64,000 nt of DNA from Albugo candida (Eukaryota), in the NCBI GenBank assembly GCA_040437565.1, contig JBDOQK010000027.1:62001-126000 (forward strand). The letters are read 5' to 3'. Position 1 is the first letter of the stretch. Each line of letters begins with the position of its first letter. The translations under genes and the position numbers were made by a program. A model generated the notes under the pieces. It did not search any database, had not been told where the DNA came from, and saw only the letters and a list, made by a program, of their open reading frames with translations. This document shows, piece by piece, positions 39,701 to 51,899 of this stretch.

Positions 39701-40460
39701 TTTTCCCAGAAAACACAGGTGTGTGAATGTATTGCACTACGGCCCACTTTGTATTGAATTTGTGGGTGTAATAGNNNNNNNNNNNNNNNNNNNNNNNNNN
39801 NNNNNNNNNNNNNNNNNNNNNNNNNNNNNNNNNNNNNNNNNNNNNNNNNNNNNNNNNNNNNNNNNNNNNNNNNNCTTTACGCAAATGTGCTGTCTATTCT
39901 TACATCGGGATCTTCCTTTGTGGACTATCATTCCATTCTCGAATGCCATGGAAAAGCAAGGAACGCATTAGAGACATTGATAGCGCTGTGTTTTCCCAGA
40001 AAACACAGGTGTGTGAATGTATTGCACTACGGCCCACTTTGTATTGAATTTGTGGGTGTAATAGGACATCAGAAGGACTCGACCTTCTTATTCGTGAGAA
40101 TGCGTGTAGTGCATTTTTGGTGCCTTATGCGAAGAATTATTGCACTCATCTGGAAGATTGGCGCTATCTAATCAGCTTACTCTCCGTTGAGAGAATAAGC
40201 GGTGAAGTAAGTTGCTTTTTTGAATATTTTGGAGGTCATTGCTCATTCAATTTGCTTTGATATGACTTGACCACCAGGGCGATCGACAACAGCTTTTACA
40301 GCATATCTTGCGTGATCTAGCAAATACTCTCTCACCCACAGAATTGTTGGATATCCTTCCTGGTGATACTGACTTTCTACTCTATCTCCCAGCCATTACA
40401 AAATGTCTGCAAAACAGCGAGAAAATTCCAATGAATACAAGAGAAGGGCGTCTTTGTTGA
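36798..40460 (+). CDS. HPS3: HPS3-like protein (BLOC-2 subunit), copy B; 5' end hidden in gap 36698-36797
   Basis: Motif-by-motif resemblance to animal HPS3 as recalled: IAIHDKYIAVTSPVELLIL, LLRRYF, LQFLP, YEFP..FLFVATSIGIQVWTI, and the spliced C-terminus LVPYAKNY..W and LSPTELLDILPGDTDFLLYLPAITKC. Confidence 0.8.
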
Positions 40461-40968
40461 ATTCCTAGTAGTCGATACGAAAAGCAATATATAAAATTTC
40501 GCAATAGATAAGCAATGTCGTGTGAATGCACGCACAGTTGTCCGAAAAGCGCAATTAACGGAAAGGCAGTTAGTTGCCGCTCTGACAAATGGAATAAAGT
40601 CAGTAATTTCTCAGCAGTAGGCTTTCATTTCGCATCAGCACACCCGTTTTGTCGTGCTGTATTGTCCAAAAATAGCGTTGAAATATCTTTACGTCGTACA
40701 TTCGGCGTTCCGACCAAAGAGGCGTTATACGTTATAATCGATTGCTACTGTCAACTGACTAATCAATTGCGACATTTTTGTCAATTATCAAAGCCAGCGA
40801 ATGCGAACTCTGGCCGATCCTTTACGAAATAGAAGGAAATAAAATTAAAAAAATATTGAATCGGAAGGATGACGCAATCGGGTGTTGAAATTCGCGACCA
40901 CTCCATTTCTGATTGCGTTTGCAACTGATCTCTCACTTCAATTGATTTATCCGTTTACACCGGCACTC

Positions 40969-42189
40969 ATGAACAAGGGTAATAAAGAGGACGATGTTTC
41001 GCTTACATCGACGTGTACAATGAATTCAGAGAAATCGGAATGGGTGTCCATACTGAAAAATTCTCTTACTAAACAGCAATGGACGCGCGAAAGCTTGTCC
41101 TCGCACATAACAAACTACTTTAATGCGTTAAGCCCCGATAACCACAAACGTATTCGTTGGGATTTTATGGATATGGCGAGCAGGTGGAAGAGGATGGGAT
41201 ACAACCCTTATCAGCCTGATGCTAATGGCTACACAACACTACATCGTGCAGCAGAAGGTGGTGAATCCGCGATATTGTGCAATTTACTTTCAATGTATGA
41301 TGGTCCACAACACCAGATTGCGGCTGTAAAAACAAAAGAACATGAGTTTATACCACTACATCTGGCCGCCAAGTACGGTCATTACGATGCTGTCAAAGTA
41401 CTCACACAGCCTGCGTTATGCTCATTGATCGATGAGACCGATAGGAATGGAAATACTGCGCTTTTGTTTGCTGCAGCATGCAGAATGCCGGAAACTTACG
41501 ACATAGTGTCAATGTTATTATCGTTAGGGGCCGATCACACAAAAACGAATTTGTTCAAAATCTCACCGATACTCGCTCATATATTGATTCTCCGAGTGGA
41601 TGACGCAAAAATCCTCACACTACTTTTGAATTATGGATGCGATCCCAACACACAAGATTCCAATGGGGATACAATATTGCATCATGCAGTTCGGAAAAGA
41701 CTGTGGAAAGTCTCAGCCACTTTGGTACGTCACTGTGCAAGCATGACCATCCTTAACGATGACGGTGTCATGGTCTTGAATATATTGGGGTCCAGGCAAT
41801 TCGACTGGCTAATTCAGTTTGTTTCGAAACCTGACAAATGGGTCTCCGCAACCGTACAAAAATCGTGCATGCTGTGTTCTACTCGATTTAGTTTCCTCAA
41901 CCGCCCGCATCATTGTCGGCTATGCGGTCGAATCTGCTGTGGTCCATGCTCAGATTATAGACGAAAGCTACCTTTCCAGCTCCAAAAGACAACTGATAAA
42001 TCGCTTTCTATGGGGCGGAGATATTCATTTTTCACGAAACTTGCCAAAGGCTGTAAGAATAGCAATCAAACAGATCGTTCCAGTACGGACAGCGTATTAC
42101 GTAGCGTAGTTAGAGGTAGAAAACGTTTCAATACTCTTCATCGTGTGTGTGAGAGATGCATCAATGTAACAAGCATTTTTGTGCAATAA
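40969..42189 (+). CDS. Ankyrin-repeat and FYVE zinc-finger protein
   Basis: Ankyrin motifs [28 protein letters not shown] and [46 protein letters not shown]. Confidence 0.93.
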   Translation: MNKGNKEDDVSLTSTCTMNSEKSEWVSILKNSLTKQQWTRESLSSHITNYFNALSPDNHKRIRWDFMDMASRWKRMGYNPYQPDANGYTTLHRAAEGGESAILCNLLSMYDGPQHQIAAVKTKEHEFIPLHLAAKYGHYDAVKVLTQPALCSLIDETDRNGNTALLFAAACRMPETYDIVSMLLSLGADHTKTNLFKISPILAHILILRVDDAKILTLLLNYGCDPNTQDSNGDTILHHAVRKRLWKVSATLVRHCASMTILNDDGVMVLNILGSRQFDWLIQFVSKPDKWVSATVQKSCMLCSTRFSFLNRPHHCRLCGRICCGPCSDYRRKLPFQLQKTTDKSLSMGRRYSFFTKLAKGCKNSNQTDRSSTDSVLRSVVRGRKRFNTLHRVCERCINVTSIFVQ

Positions 42190-42236
42190 ATCGAGCAATT
42201 CGCTGCTCAATTTTGTGTTTTCACATTTATATCATA

Positions 42237-44917
42237 ATGCCGCGGGAAATCATTACACTTCAAATTGGGCAATGCGGGAATCAAATCGGACGGCAGTTTT
42301 GGCAATCAGCACTTGAAGAGCATGCAAATGTACAGTATGTGACGAATCACATGATCAGCGCGATGTAATGGGTGCAATTATAGTCACAGAAAGCTCAGTA
42401 TAACGACAGTATGAGTACATTTTTTCGAAATGTCGATAGAAGTACTGGAAGAGATGTTTGCACTGACACCGGGGTGGTACAATCTCTAAAAGCTCGAGCT
42501 ATTTTGATCGATATGGAACAAGGTCCAGTATCTGAAACCTTAGGTGGACCGTTAGGAGCTCTGTTTGATCATCAGCAGTTGATAACGGATGTCTCGGGTG
42601 CAGGTAATAATTGGTATGTGAAGGATTAAATGTTGGTAGTCGATTTACAGTATTGATGGAGGGCCCACGGATACTGCGTATACGGACCACAATATCGCGA
42701 AATGTTATTATCAAAGCTGCATCAAGCCGTCGAATTATGTGATTCACTGCAATCCTTTTTCTTACTGCATTCCATGGGAGGAGGAACGGGTATCTAAGCG
42801 GCTGCGTATTTAATTGCATTCCAACATGCTTTAATGTCAGGTTCTGGATTGGGAACGTACATTCTCGAGCTACTTGAGGACGAATTTCCCCAAGTNNNNN
42901 NNNNNNNNNNNNNNNNNNNNNNNNNNNNNNNNNNNNNNNNNNNNNNNNNNNNNNNNNNNNNNNNNNNNNNNNNNNNNNNNNNNNNNNNNNNNNNNCAATT
43001 ATAGTCACAGAAAGCTCAGTATAACGACAGTATGAGTACATTTTTTCGAAATGTCGATAGAAGTACTGGAAGAGATGTTTGCACTGACACCGGGGTGGTA
43101 CAATCTCTAAAAGCTCGAGCTATTTTGATCGATATGGAACAAGGTCCAGTATCTGAAACCTTAGGTGGACCGTTAGGAGCTCTGTTTGATCATCAGCAGT
43201 TGATAACGGATGTCTCGGGTGCAGGTAATAATTGGTATGTGAAGGATTAAATGTTGGTAGTCGATTTACAGTATTGATGGAGGGCCCACGGATACTGCGT
43301 ATACGGACCACAATATCGCGAAATGTTATTATCAAAGCTGCATCAAGCCGTCGAATTATGTGATTCACTGCAATCCTTTTTCTTACTGCATTCCATGGGA
43401 GGAGGAACGGGTATCTAAGCGGCTGCGTATTTAATTGCATTCCAACATGCTTTAATGTCAGGTTCTGGATTGGGAACGTACATTCTCGAGCTACTTGAGG
43501 ACGAATTTCCCCAAGTATATCGATTTACTACAGGTAGGAAATCTTTCGGATGGTGCAAGTCTCTGGGTCTTGATCGTACAGAAGCTATCTTCCCATCTAG
43601 TGACGACGACGTGATCACATCACCGTACAATAGCCTTATGGCGCTGGAAAAGCTCATTGAGCATGCGGATTGCGTTCTTCCCGTCGAAAATGAAGCACTT
43701 TACAATTTGTGTGCTAAAATGGCGGTACGATTCCTATTTTGAGTAATTTATAGTTTATTTGACGCAAGATTTTCTATACAGATTGGTAAGACTGCCGACA
43801 AGAAGATTGTTGAAGGTTCAAGGCTATCTGAAAATGTGCAAAGTATCCAAAAACTACGAAAATTCTATCAACTTTCAGTCGATGTCAAACAAAATGCGAA
43901 AACAAAGGTGAACGATACGTCTCGGAAAAAAACAAAGGAGGATTCTTTCCATGATATGAACAATGTCGTAGCCCGTATGCTGTCCAATCTTACAAGCTCT
44001 ATGCGCTTTGAAGGATCCTTGAATGTGGACCTCAATGAAATCACTACCAATCTGGTACCATACCCGAGACTTCACTTCCTAGTGCCCAGTATCAGTCCAT
44101 GCTATCAATCAATGGATCTGCGCGATGCACATCATCAGAAGTATATGGAGAAATTATTTCGGCAGCTTTTTGAATCAGACTCTCAGCTGCTCTGCTGCTC
44201 GCCACGCTCCAGTGTTTATCTCGCTTGTGGCATCTTGGCTCGTGGACGCCATGTGACGATTTCTGATTTGAATGACAGCATAAAGCATATACAGCGTGAT
44301 ATTTCTATCATTCCTTGGAATCAAGAAGGATTCAAGATCGGTCTATGTCACGTTTCCCCGGCAGGACAGCNNNNNNNNNNNNNNNNNNNNNNNNNNNNNN
44401 NNNNNNNNNNNNNNNNNNNNNNNNNNNNNNNNNNNNNNNNNNNNNNNNNNNNNNNNNNNNNNNNNNNNNNCAGCTGCTCTGCTGCTCGCCACGCTCCAGT
44501 GTTTATCTCGCTTGTGGCATCTTGGCTCGTGGACGCCATGTGACGATTTCTGATTTGAATGACAGCATAAAGCATATACAGCGTGATATTTCTATCATTC
44601 CTTGGAATCAAGAAGGATTCAAGATCGGTCTATGTCACGTTTCCCCGGCAGGACAGCCTGTATCGCTGCTAGGCCTCAGTAATAACTGCAGTATTGGACA
44701 GACATTTAAGCGAATACACTACCGAACAAACAAGTTTTACAAGCGTAAGGCCCATCTCCATCATTACACGGAATTCATGGAATCATCTTGTGTGGACAAC
44801 GCGCTAGAATCAGTCTCCAAATTAGTACAAGACTACCAGACGCTGGAACGAGGTCGTCCATACGCCCGGAGCGGCTATAATTGTGCTTCTTATAAACCTC
44901 TACGACCCCTCGTGTAA
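42237..44917 (+). CDS. TUBE1: Epsilon-tubulin (multi-exon; two gap-flank duplications)
   Basis: [104 protein letters not shown] and [10 protein letters not shown] are epsilon-type signatures. Confidence 0.93.
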
Positions 44918-44974
44918 TAAAGAGAAACATATCAGCATAAACAGATAATTTTGAATTTTTCTGTCAACGCAAAA

Positions 44975-46394
44975 ATGTGGCGCAGGAGCTATTCACGCCC
45001 AACTCGTTTCTTCTTCTACTCCCTATGGCTATGTGCAGTGCTTCTTTGCAATATCCCCATCGATAATCGTGTAGCCTCTTTTGAGATTGATTTCGATTCA
45101 TTTTCACACATGTTTGACATGAATGGCGACTCTCATCAGGTCGCTCATGAAGAAGCCGAAGAACAAGAAGACTTTTACGAAAGTATGTCTAGTAGAAACA
45201 TTACTCACTTCAAAATGATTCATTCAACTGTTGTGTAGTTTTGGGTTTGACAATGGAAGCGACCGAAGCACAAATCAAAAAAGCGTACCGTAAATTGAGC
45301 CTTAAGTATCACCCAGACAAACAAAAGCATGAAAACGATGCAGAGAAAATGTTTCATAAGATTGCGCGCGCATATGAAGTTCTCTCTGACCCGGACAAGC
45401 GTCAGATTTACGATTTGGAAGGATTCGAAGGCTTAAAGCGGGAAGAGCAAGGAGGAGGGGAACAGCGCAGTCCTTTCGGTATTACAAGTATTTTTTAGAG
45501 TCAGCTGTGATAGCTCAAGTGGTCTTGTTGTGCTCCAGACATGTTTTTTGGTGGCCAGCGAAGTACACCTCGGGGTCCTGATGCCACAATCACCCTGAAA
45601 GTATCGCTGGAAGAGCTATACCAAGGCAGCAAGAAGACTACAAGCATTGAGAGAAATGTAATCTGTCGAAAGTGCCGTGGAACCGGCGCAAAAGATGGCA
45701 AAGTATGAATTCGCAGAATTGCTGAATCACGACTTACATTCATTGTAGATGAAACCATGCAAAAAGTGTGGTGGAAGAGGAGTCATTCACGTTCAGCAGA
45801 GAATGGGAATCGGATTCAATGTCCAAGTTCAGCAACCTTGCCCCAAATGTGGAGGACATGGCAAAACATTCAAAAAGAAATGTCCACACTGTCACGGCCA
45901 CAAAGTGACAGCTGAAAAGAAAGACTTTGTTGTGGAAATTGAAAGAGGAGCACCTTCAAATCATAAAATTGTGTTTGAGCGTCAAAGTGAACAAAGTCCA
46001 GGAATGCTTCCGGGCAACGTCATTTTCCAGTTGCATACAGAACCACATCCAGCGTTCCGGTACGAGTGTCACCTTATCTTTTGAATGTTGCTAACGCAGA
46101 TTTGATTGCTTCAGTCGATCGGAAGATGATCTGCATCACACAATGGAGATTTCTCTCCAGGAAGCTCTATTGGGATATGATGTATCCATTGTGCACTTGG
46201 ATGGCAGAAAAGTGCACTTGCAATATGACAAAATCATCAAACCCTTCGAAGTGCGCACAATCGAAGGAGAAGGCATGCCGCATTTCAATTACCCATCAGA
46301 TTTCGGAAATTTGCACCTCCATCACCTCATCCAATTCCCAACAAGTCTGACATCAGAGCAGAAAGATCTCGTTAAGAAGCTCTTATCCGAGTAG
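44975..46394 (+). CDS. Type I DnaJ/Hsp40 with a signal-peptide-like N-terminus (ERdj3/Scj1-like)
   Basis: J domain with HPD, CxxCxGxG zinc-finger repeats ([32 protein letters not shown]), C-terminal GEGMP, and a hydrophobic N-terminal stretch. Confidence 0.92.
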
Positions 46395-46465
46395 AGAAAG
46401 AGTTTGGGCAAAAGCGCATTGATAACAACGACAATACAATGCTCTTAAACACTTTCCATCTGGAA

Positions 46466-49230
46466 TCACGGAGTGTACATTGTGGATCTGATATGCTCTT
46501 CCAAATCGGAGGGCTTTTCAACTGAAGCGAATCCTTTGGCAAATCCCTAAAACATGAAAGATAAGGTGAAAATCACGATCAATAATGTGAGATAGAACGT
46601 ACATAGTCGGCAACTGCGATCGCAATTTTGAGCGACACCTTTCGAATTTGCGATAGTGGAGGGTAGACACAGCCAGAATCCAAATCAGAAGAAGTCACTT
46701 GCGCCGCCAATGCCTCTGCAGCAGTAATCATCATCCCGTCGTCGATATGCGTTAGTCCGACGGCAACACATGCGAGCCCAATGGCGGGGAAAATGTAGGA
46801 ATTGTTTCCTTGGCCCGGGACGTAGCGTTTCCCATTGTACATGACCGGGTCGAATGGACTTCCGCTGGCAAAAATGCATTTTCCATCGGTATACTCATAC
46901 GCTTCTTCAGCAGTGCATTCTGCTTTGCTTGTCGGATTACTTAGTGCAAAAATGATTGGACGCGCTTGATACTTGGCCATTTTCTCACAGACAGATCGCG
47001 TAAAGGTTTTTGGAATTGTGCACACCCCAATAAGCGCCGTAGGCTGCAGTCGATCAACAGCTTGCTCCAGCGTTGAACACTCGTCGATTTCGTGCGCGTA
47101 CAAGAGTTTGTGATGCTGCAGCGAGTCTTTTCGTGAGGCTACAACCAGACCTTTGGAATCGACAAGCCAAATCTGTTGGCGTGCCTCGTGTACCGATTTC
47201 CCGGTTTCCCGAGCGATGGCTTGAGCTAACAAATCGGCAATACCGGTCCCAGCTTCACCTGCTCCGAGAAACAGGAAGCTCTGATGCTGTAGCGGTATCC
47301 GTGTCACCGGAATAGCTGCTAGAATGCCTCCAAGCACCACCGATGCGGTCCCCTGCACTCACNNNNNNNNNNNNNNNNNNNNNNNNNNNNNNNNNNNNNN
47401 NNNNNNNNNNNNNNNNNNNNNNNNNNNNNNNNNNNNNNNNNNNNNNNNNNNNNNNNNNNNNNTTGGCGTGCCTCGTGTACCGATTTCCCGGTTTCCCGAG
47501 CGATGGCTTGAGCTAACAAATCGGCAATACCGGTCCCAGCTTCACCTGCTCCGAGAAACAGGAAGCTCTGATGCTGTAGCGGTATCCGTGTCACCGGAAT
47601 AGCTGCTAGAATGCCTCCAAGCACCACCGATGCGGTCCCCTGCACTCACTCGAGTCAAATGCTGGTCGAAATTCTTCAGAATTTCTCACCTGAATATCGT
47701 CATTGAACGTGCAATGCGTACTCTGATATTTCCGAAGCATCTCAAAAGCCGTTGTATTTCCAAAATCTTCAAACTATACCGAGCAGACTGATCATATCGC
47801 TTCCATTCGTGGAGGGATAATGGTACCTGCAGCAGTACATTGGGACCATATTTTGCTTTGGCTGACGTCATCAATTCATCCACAAGCTTTGCAAACTTCT
47901 CGCCGCGATCTCGTCGAGCGCGAANNNNNNNNNNNNNNNNNNNNNNNNNNNNNNNNNNNNNNNNNNNNNNNNNNNNNNNNNNNNNNNNNNNNNNNNNNNN
48001 NNNNNNNNNNNNNNNNNNNNNNNNCGAGTCAAATGCTGGTCGAAATTCTTCAGAATTTCTCACCTGAATATCGTCATTGAACGTGCAATGCGTACTCTGA
48101 TATTTCCGAAGCATCTCAAAAGCCGTTGTATTTCCAAAATCTTCAAACTATACCGAGCAGACTGATCATATCGCTTCCATTCGTGGAGGGATAATGGTAC
48201 CTGCAGCAGTACATTGGGACCATATTTTGCTTTGGCTGACGTCATCAATTCATCCACAAGCTTTGCAAACTTCTCGCCGCGATCTCGTCGAGCGCGAACC
48301 CCGATATAAAGCGGGTCATTCAATAGCTGCTCGTTGTTGGTGCCGACATCCAACACCACAGGCAAGCAGCAGGATGGAGGAACTCCCGCACAAGCTGTGT
48401 AGAGCGCCAGTTTTCCAACGGGGATACCTAAGCCATTGGCACCCAAATCACCCAAGCCCAAGATACGCTCTCCATCTGTAAATACGATCGCGCGGATGTC
48501 TTTTTCGGGCCAAGAGTCCAGGATCGAGGACACCTAATTGGTGTGATCACTTCAAATCTAAAGGAATGTGCACGACATTGTTTAGGGAAGATACCTGCCC
48601 GAGATGATTTAATGTGATGTATAGCCCACGAGGTGTTTGACGATAAATCGCGCTGTACTCAAGGCATGCTTGACCCACTGTTGGTGTGTATACAATTGGC
48701 ATCAATTCAGCAGTGTGCTTGACCAGAAGCTTGTAGTACAATGTTTCGTTGACATCCTGATATCACGAATTGTGTGAGTCGAAGGAGGGCATGGAGATCG
48801 TATTATTTCAACAAACTTGGAGGGTTTGCATGAAAATGTATTTTTCGAGTGGAGAGGATTTGGACTGCAATTGTTTCATCGCTCGCTCACACTCTAACTC
48901 CAACGAATTAATCGCTGGTGGTAAAAGCCCATTAAGATTCAATTTCGAACGCTCTTCTTGAGTGAAAACAAGCCCCTGTATCAGTAAAGCAATCAGAAAA
49001 CGCTCATGAAAGCACTATGAGGATGTTTTTGCGTGGCGTATTGAACCTTGTTGAGCTTGGGAGTTCTCAGTAGATAGAATCCTGATTGCGACTAAATATA
49101 AAGAAAGCAGTCAGATGAATGCTACAATGGCAAAACGAGTTAGCATATCTAATTTTGCACCATTGTCAACGTGAGAAGCTCTAAACGGTGAGAATGCAGG
49201 AAAGATCGGCGTCATTTCAGATAGATGCAT
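46466..49230 (-). CDS. NAD(P)-dependent malic enzyme (multi-exon; gap duplications; start approximate)
   Basis: [77 protein letters not shown]. Confidence 0.96.
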
Positions 49231-49431
49231 TGAATCGAACGGGATATTGGATAATAACGGGAATAATATATCAGAGGTCATNNNNNNNNNNNNNNNNNNN
49301 NNNNNNNNNNNNNNNNNNNNNNNNNNNNNNNNNNNNNNNNNNNNNNNNNNNNNNNNNNNNNNNNNNNNNNNNNNNNNNNNNTGTCTGAATGCTGATTGGT
49401 CCTCAGTTGCCCAATCACATAAGCCTGCATA

Positions 49432-50143
49432 ATGGTACATGTTGCCCGAGCCATTTTGCCTCAGTTGCGACCGCTATATGGATTACATCTGAAGACGTTG
49501 AATGCTCAAGTCAAGGCAATGGTTGAATGCCTGAATTGTCCTGTGCACCCGTGGTACATTAAATCTACTTTACCAACTATCATTTTCAATAATGAGCTGG
49601 AAATTGATTGACAATAGGGATCTCAGTGTCATTCTAACCACAGACCAGCAACTCCAAAAACTTAACAAAAAGTACCGAAGACAAGATAAGACGACCGATA
49701 TATTATCTTTCCCAAATCACACTGTGAGCGCGATCGATCATCTCCAAACGTCATACCAAGTACCCAACATTTGCAGATAACCAAACCTGGTCGATTTCCG
49801 AACGTTCGCGATCCCGAAGAACGATATCTTGGAGATATCTATATCAGCCTTCCGTATGTCAAAAAGTATTGCCAGGAAGAAGGTATGCGTTTGAAGTTAT
49901 CGACAAGCACGAATCAAATGTGTCGCATTGTAGGAACTGACATCAAAGAGCAAATGCGCGTATTATTTGCCCATGGGATTTGTCACTTGATGGGGTGGGT
50001 CTGATACTTTCGATGAAACGAAATAATACATTGCTACAATCTCTGATAGTTACGACCATGAAACCGATCACGAACACGAACGAATGGCGAAAGCAGAAGC
50101 TTACTTATTGCAATGCTCGCAGAAAAAGCTGTCTAGTACGTAG
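49432..50143 (+). CDS. YBEY: YbeY-family endoribonuclease / rRNA maturation factor (probably mitochondrial)
   Basis: LNKKYRRQDKTTDILSFP, LGDIYIS, and HGICHLMG/YDHE metal-binding motif across GT-AG introns. Confidence 0.92.
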
Positions 50144-50226
50144 TATCCGCTATTTACAAAATTGTGCATATGCGAAGTGCTGATGCAATCGCAGTGTCAA
50201 TGACAGAATGATGGAGAGGTATCACT

Positions 50227-51315
50227 CTAGACTTTCTCATATGCTTCATAAACAATGCTTGTCGCGGTTTTCATGATAACGGTTGTCAATGACACGTGTG
50301 CAACTCGTACCATCAATCCCGAAGTAGCAAAACCGGCGACCTGTCTGATTCCACCTTGCCTCAGTTGCTCTTGCATTGTTCCGAATATCGAAACTCGAGT
50401 CCCTGCTTTTGAAGCTTGCTGGATCTGTGCAACCATCACGTCAATGGGAATGGTAGATATGCTGCTCAAGACACCACCCAACAACGATGCAGTGACCTTT
50501 TGTCCATTCGTCAGCTTTCGATTCGGATCGTCGCGCTTGTATAGATATTCTTCGCACATGACCGAGAAAAAAAATCGAGTCGACCAATCTGCAACTCGTT
50601 TCATTGAGAAGACCGCAGATCCCTTCATCAATGCGCCAACACCTTCGTTCTGTATAACCTTCACACCGATGGAAAGAGATTTTTTACAGGTTTCCAAGGC
50701 GGTCATTCTATTCCGAAAAATAGGATCGGTCATCACCCGAGTTTTGAGAAGCAAAGTTGGGCTCAGAACTAAACCTTGGAATCCACCACCTGCGCCTCCA
50801 GCGATCACTTCAATGGCTTGTATGCTGATTCTACCTTCATCTGCATATGGAATGAGTGTTTTCTTAGTCATCGCATGTCCCCAAGAAAACACGGATCCTT
50901 TTGCAATCGATTGAATGGCACCCCACGGCACAAATCCATCCCAAATTCCGAGTATTCCTTTAGAGTGGATGATGTCTTTTGTCAGTTGAGCGTACGATCG
51001 ATGCGGATTGGTTTGTTTCATTATTTTGATAAACTCGAAAAAATGACCTACGGCAAATTCGAAAGCCAATGTGACTCCCGCACCGATGACGAGCTTCACC
51101 TGTGGATTTTCCGATGGTACATGTTGTCTATTCGATGTACTTGCACTACAGGATAGAGGAGTAAGGGGATTTCTGCATCTATTGTCGAATGTACGTTGAA
51201 ATCGAGTAGCAGTTGAAGAAGGAAGGAAGCTGTGACTGAAGTGATGGTTTGGCTTATCAGCGGACATCAGAGACTCCATTTCGCTGTAGCATATGACTGG
51301 GTAAAATTGCTCCAT
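50227..51315 (-). CDS. Mitochondrial carrier (SLC25), Yhm2/citrate-oxoglutarate carrier-like
   Basis: Three carrier repeats (HFFEFIKIMKQ, PTLLLKTRVM, PIDVMVAQIQ). GIWDGFVPWGAIQSIAKGSVF resembles Yhm2. Confidence 0.85.
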   Translation of the reverse strand: MEQFYPVICYSEMESLMSADKPNHHFSHSFLPSSTATRFQRTFDNRCRNPLTPLSCSASTSNRQHVPSENPQVKLVIGAGVTLAFEFAVGHFFEFIKIMKQTNPHRSYAQLTKDIIHSKGILGIWDGFVPWGAIQSIAKGSVFSWGHAMTKKTLIPYADEGRISIQAIEVIAGGAGGGFQGLVLSPTLLLKTRVMTDPIFRNRMTALETCKKSLSIGVKVIQNEGVGALMKGSAVFSMKRVADWSTRFFFSVMCEEYLYKRDDPNRKLTNGQKVTASLLGGVLSSISTIPIDVMVAQIQQASKAGTRVSIFGTMQEQLRQGGIRQVAGFATSGLMVRVAHVSLTTVIMKTATSIVYEAYEKV

Positions 51316-51407
51316 CTAGATATTTTTCATCAATCATGAAGAAGGAGGCAGAGCAGTGTGGGCAGACATCGAGTGAGAAAATTCTATTTTACTGAGCAAG
51401 TACGCTG

Positions 51408-51899
51408 CTAAACGTGTAAGAGGTGCTTCCGTATGTGATAAGCGTACAGTCGTACAATTGTTCTGCTCATTGGAAATTTTCGCAATCCTTGCAACAAGAT
51501 AATCTCTTGACGCATCTCGAGTTCGGCTTCGGACAACAGGATAGTAGGACTGGTGTTGAGAATTTTGAAGATGTCAATAGGATCATGGGCAGCGCGCAGA
51601 AACATCGTGTCATTATTTGCTGCGCAAAAAACGTCTCTCCAGTTCAGCTTCCGTGTGTTCATGGGCTGGAACACGGCTTTATTGTGCGTAATAATCAAAT
51701 TAGGAGTCGTCTTGCCCCCTAATGTGCAACATGGTACTCCGAAATGAAGCTCACAATGCCGTGCCCAATTCTGCGAGATAACAAGTGTCTGGTGTAAAGC
51801 TTTCGTTGTGAGGCCAAGGCGACAAAGACTGTAAGCGTCCAAATACGAGCTGATTACGATATCGACGACCTCAAGAGAAATATCGCTGAACTGCGCCAT
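51408..51899 (-). CDS. F-box-like domain protein (163 aa)
   Basis: N-terminal FSDISLEVVDIVISSYLDAYSLCRLGLTTKAL..W..HC pattern. Confidence 0.65.
   Translation of the reverse strand: MAQFSDISLEVVDIVISSYLDAYSLCRLGLTTKALHQTLVISQNWARHCELHFGVPCCTLGGKTTPNLIITHNKAVFQPMNTRKLNWRDVFCAANNDTMFLRAAHDPIDIFKILNTSPTILLSEAELEMRQEIILLQGLRKFPMSRTIVRLYAYHIRKHLLHV

Larger units (their letters stand above)
20727..49381. other. Twelve 100-N scaffold gaps
   Basis: Gaps start at 20727, 27528, 29666, 30114, 31604, 36698, 39775, 42896, 44371, 47363, 47925 and 49282. Nine have the same sequence on both sides. Confidence 0.97.

Noticed and set aside
20590..48300. Apparent internal duplications in RPB1, the membrane protein, epsilon-tubulin and malic enzyme
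   Set aside because: Each is an apparently exact repeat on either side of a 100-N gap, i.e. unmerged overlapping contig ends. Removing one copy restores a normal gene.
49432..50143. YbeY as a bacterial horizontal transfer or contamination
   Set aside because: It has spliceosomal introns, and organellar YbeY homologs are widespread in eukaryotes.
46466..51315. Malic enzyme plus Yhm2-like carrier as an NADPH-shuttle cluster
   Set aside because: Only proximity supports it, they are separated by YbeY, and adjacency is unremarkable in so compact a genome.
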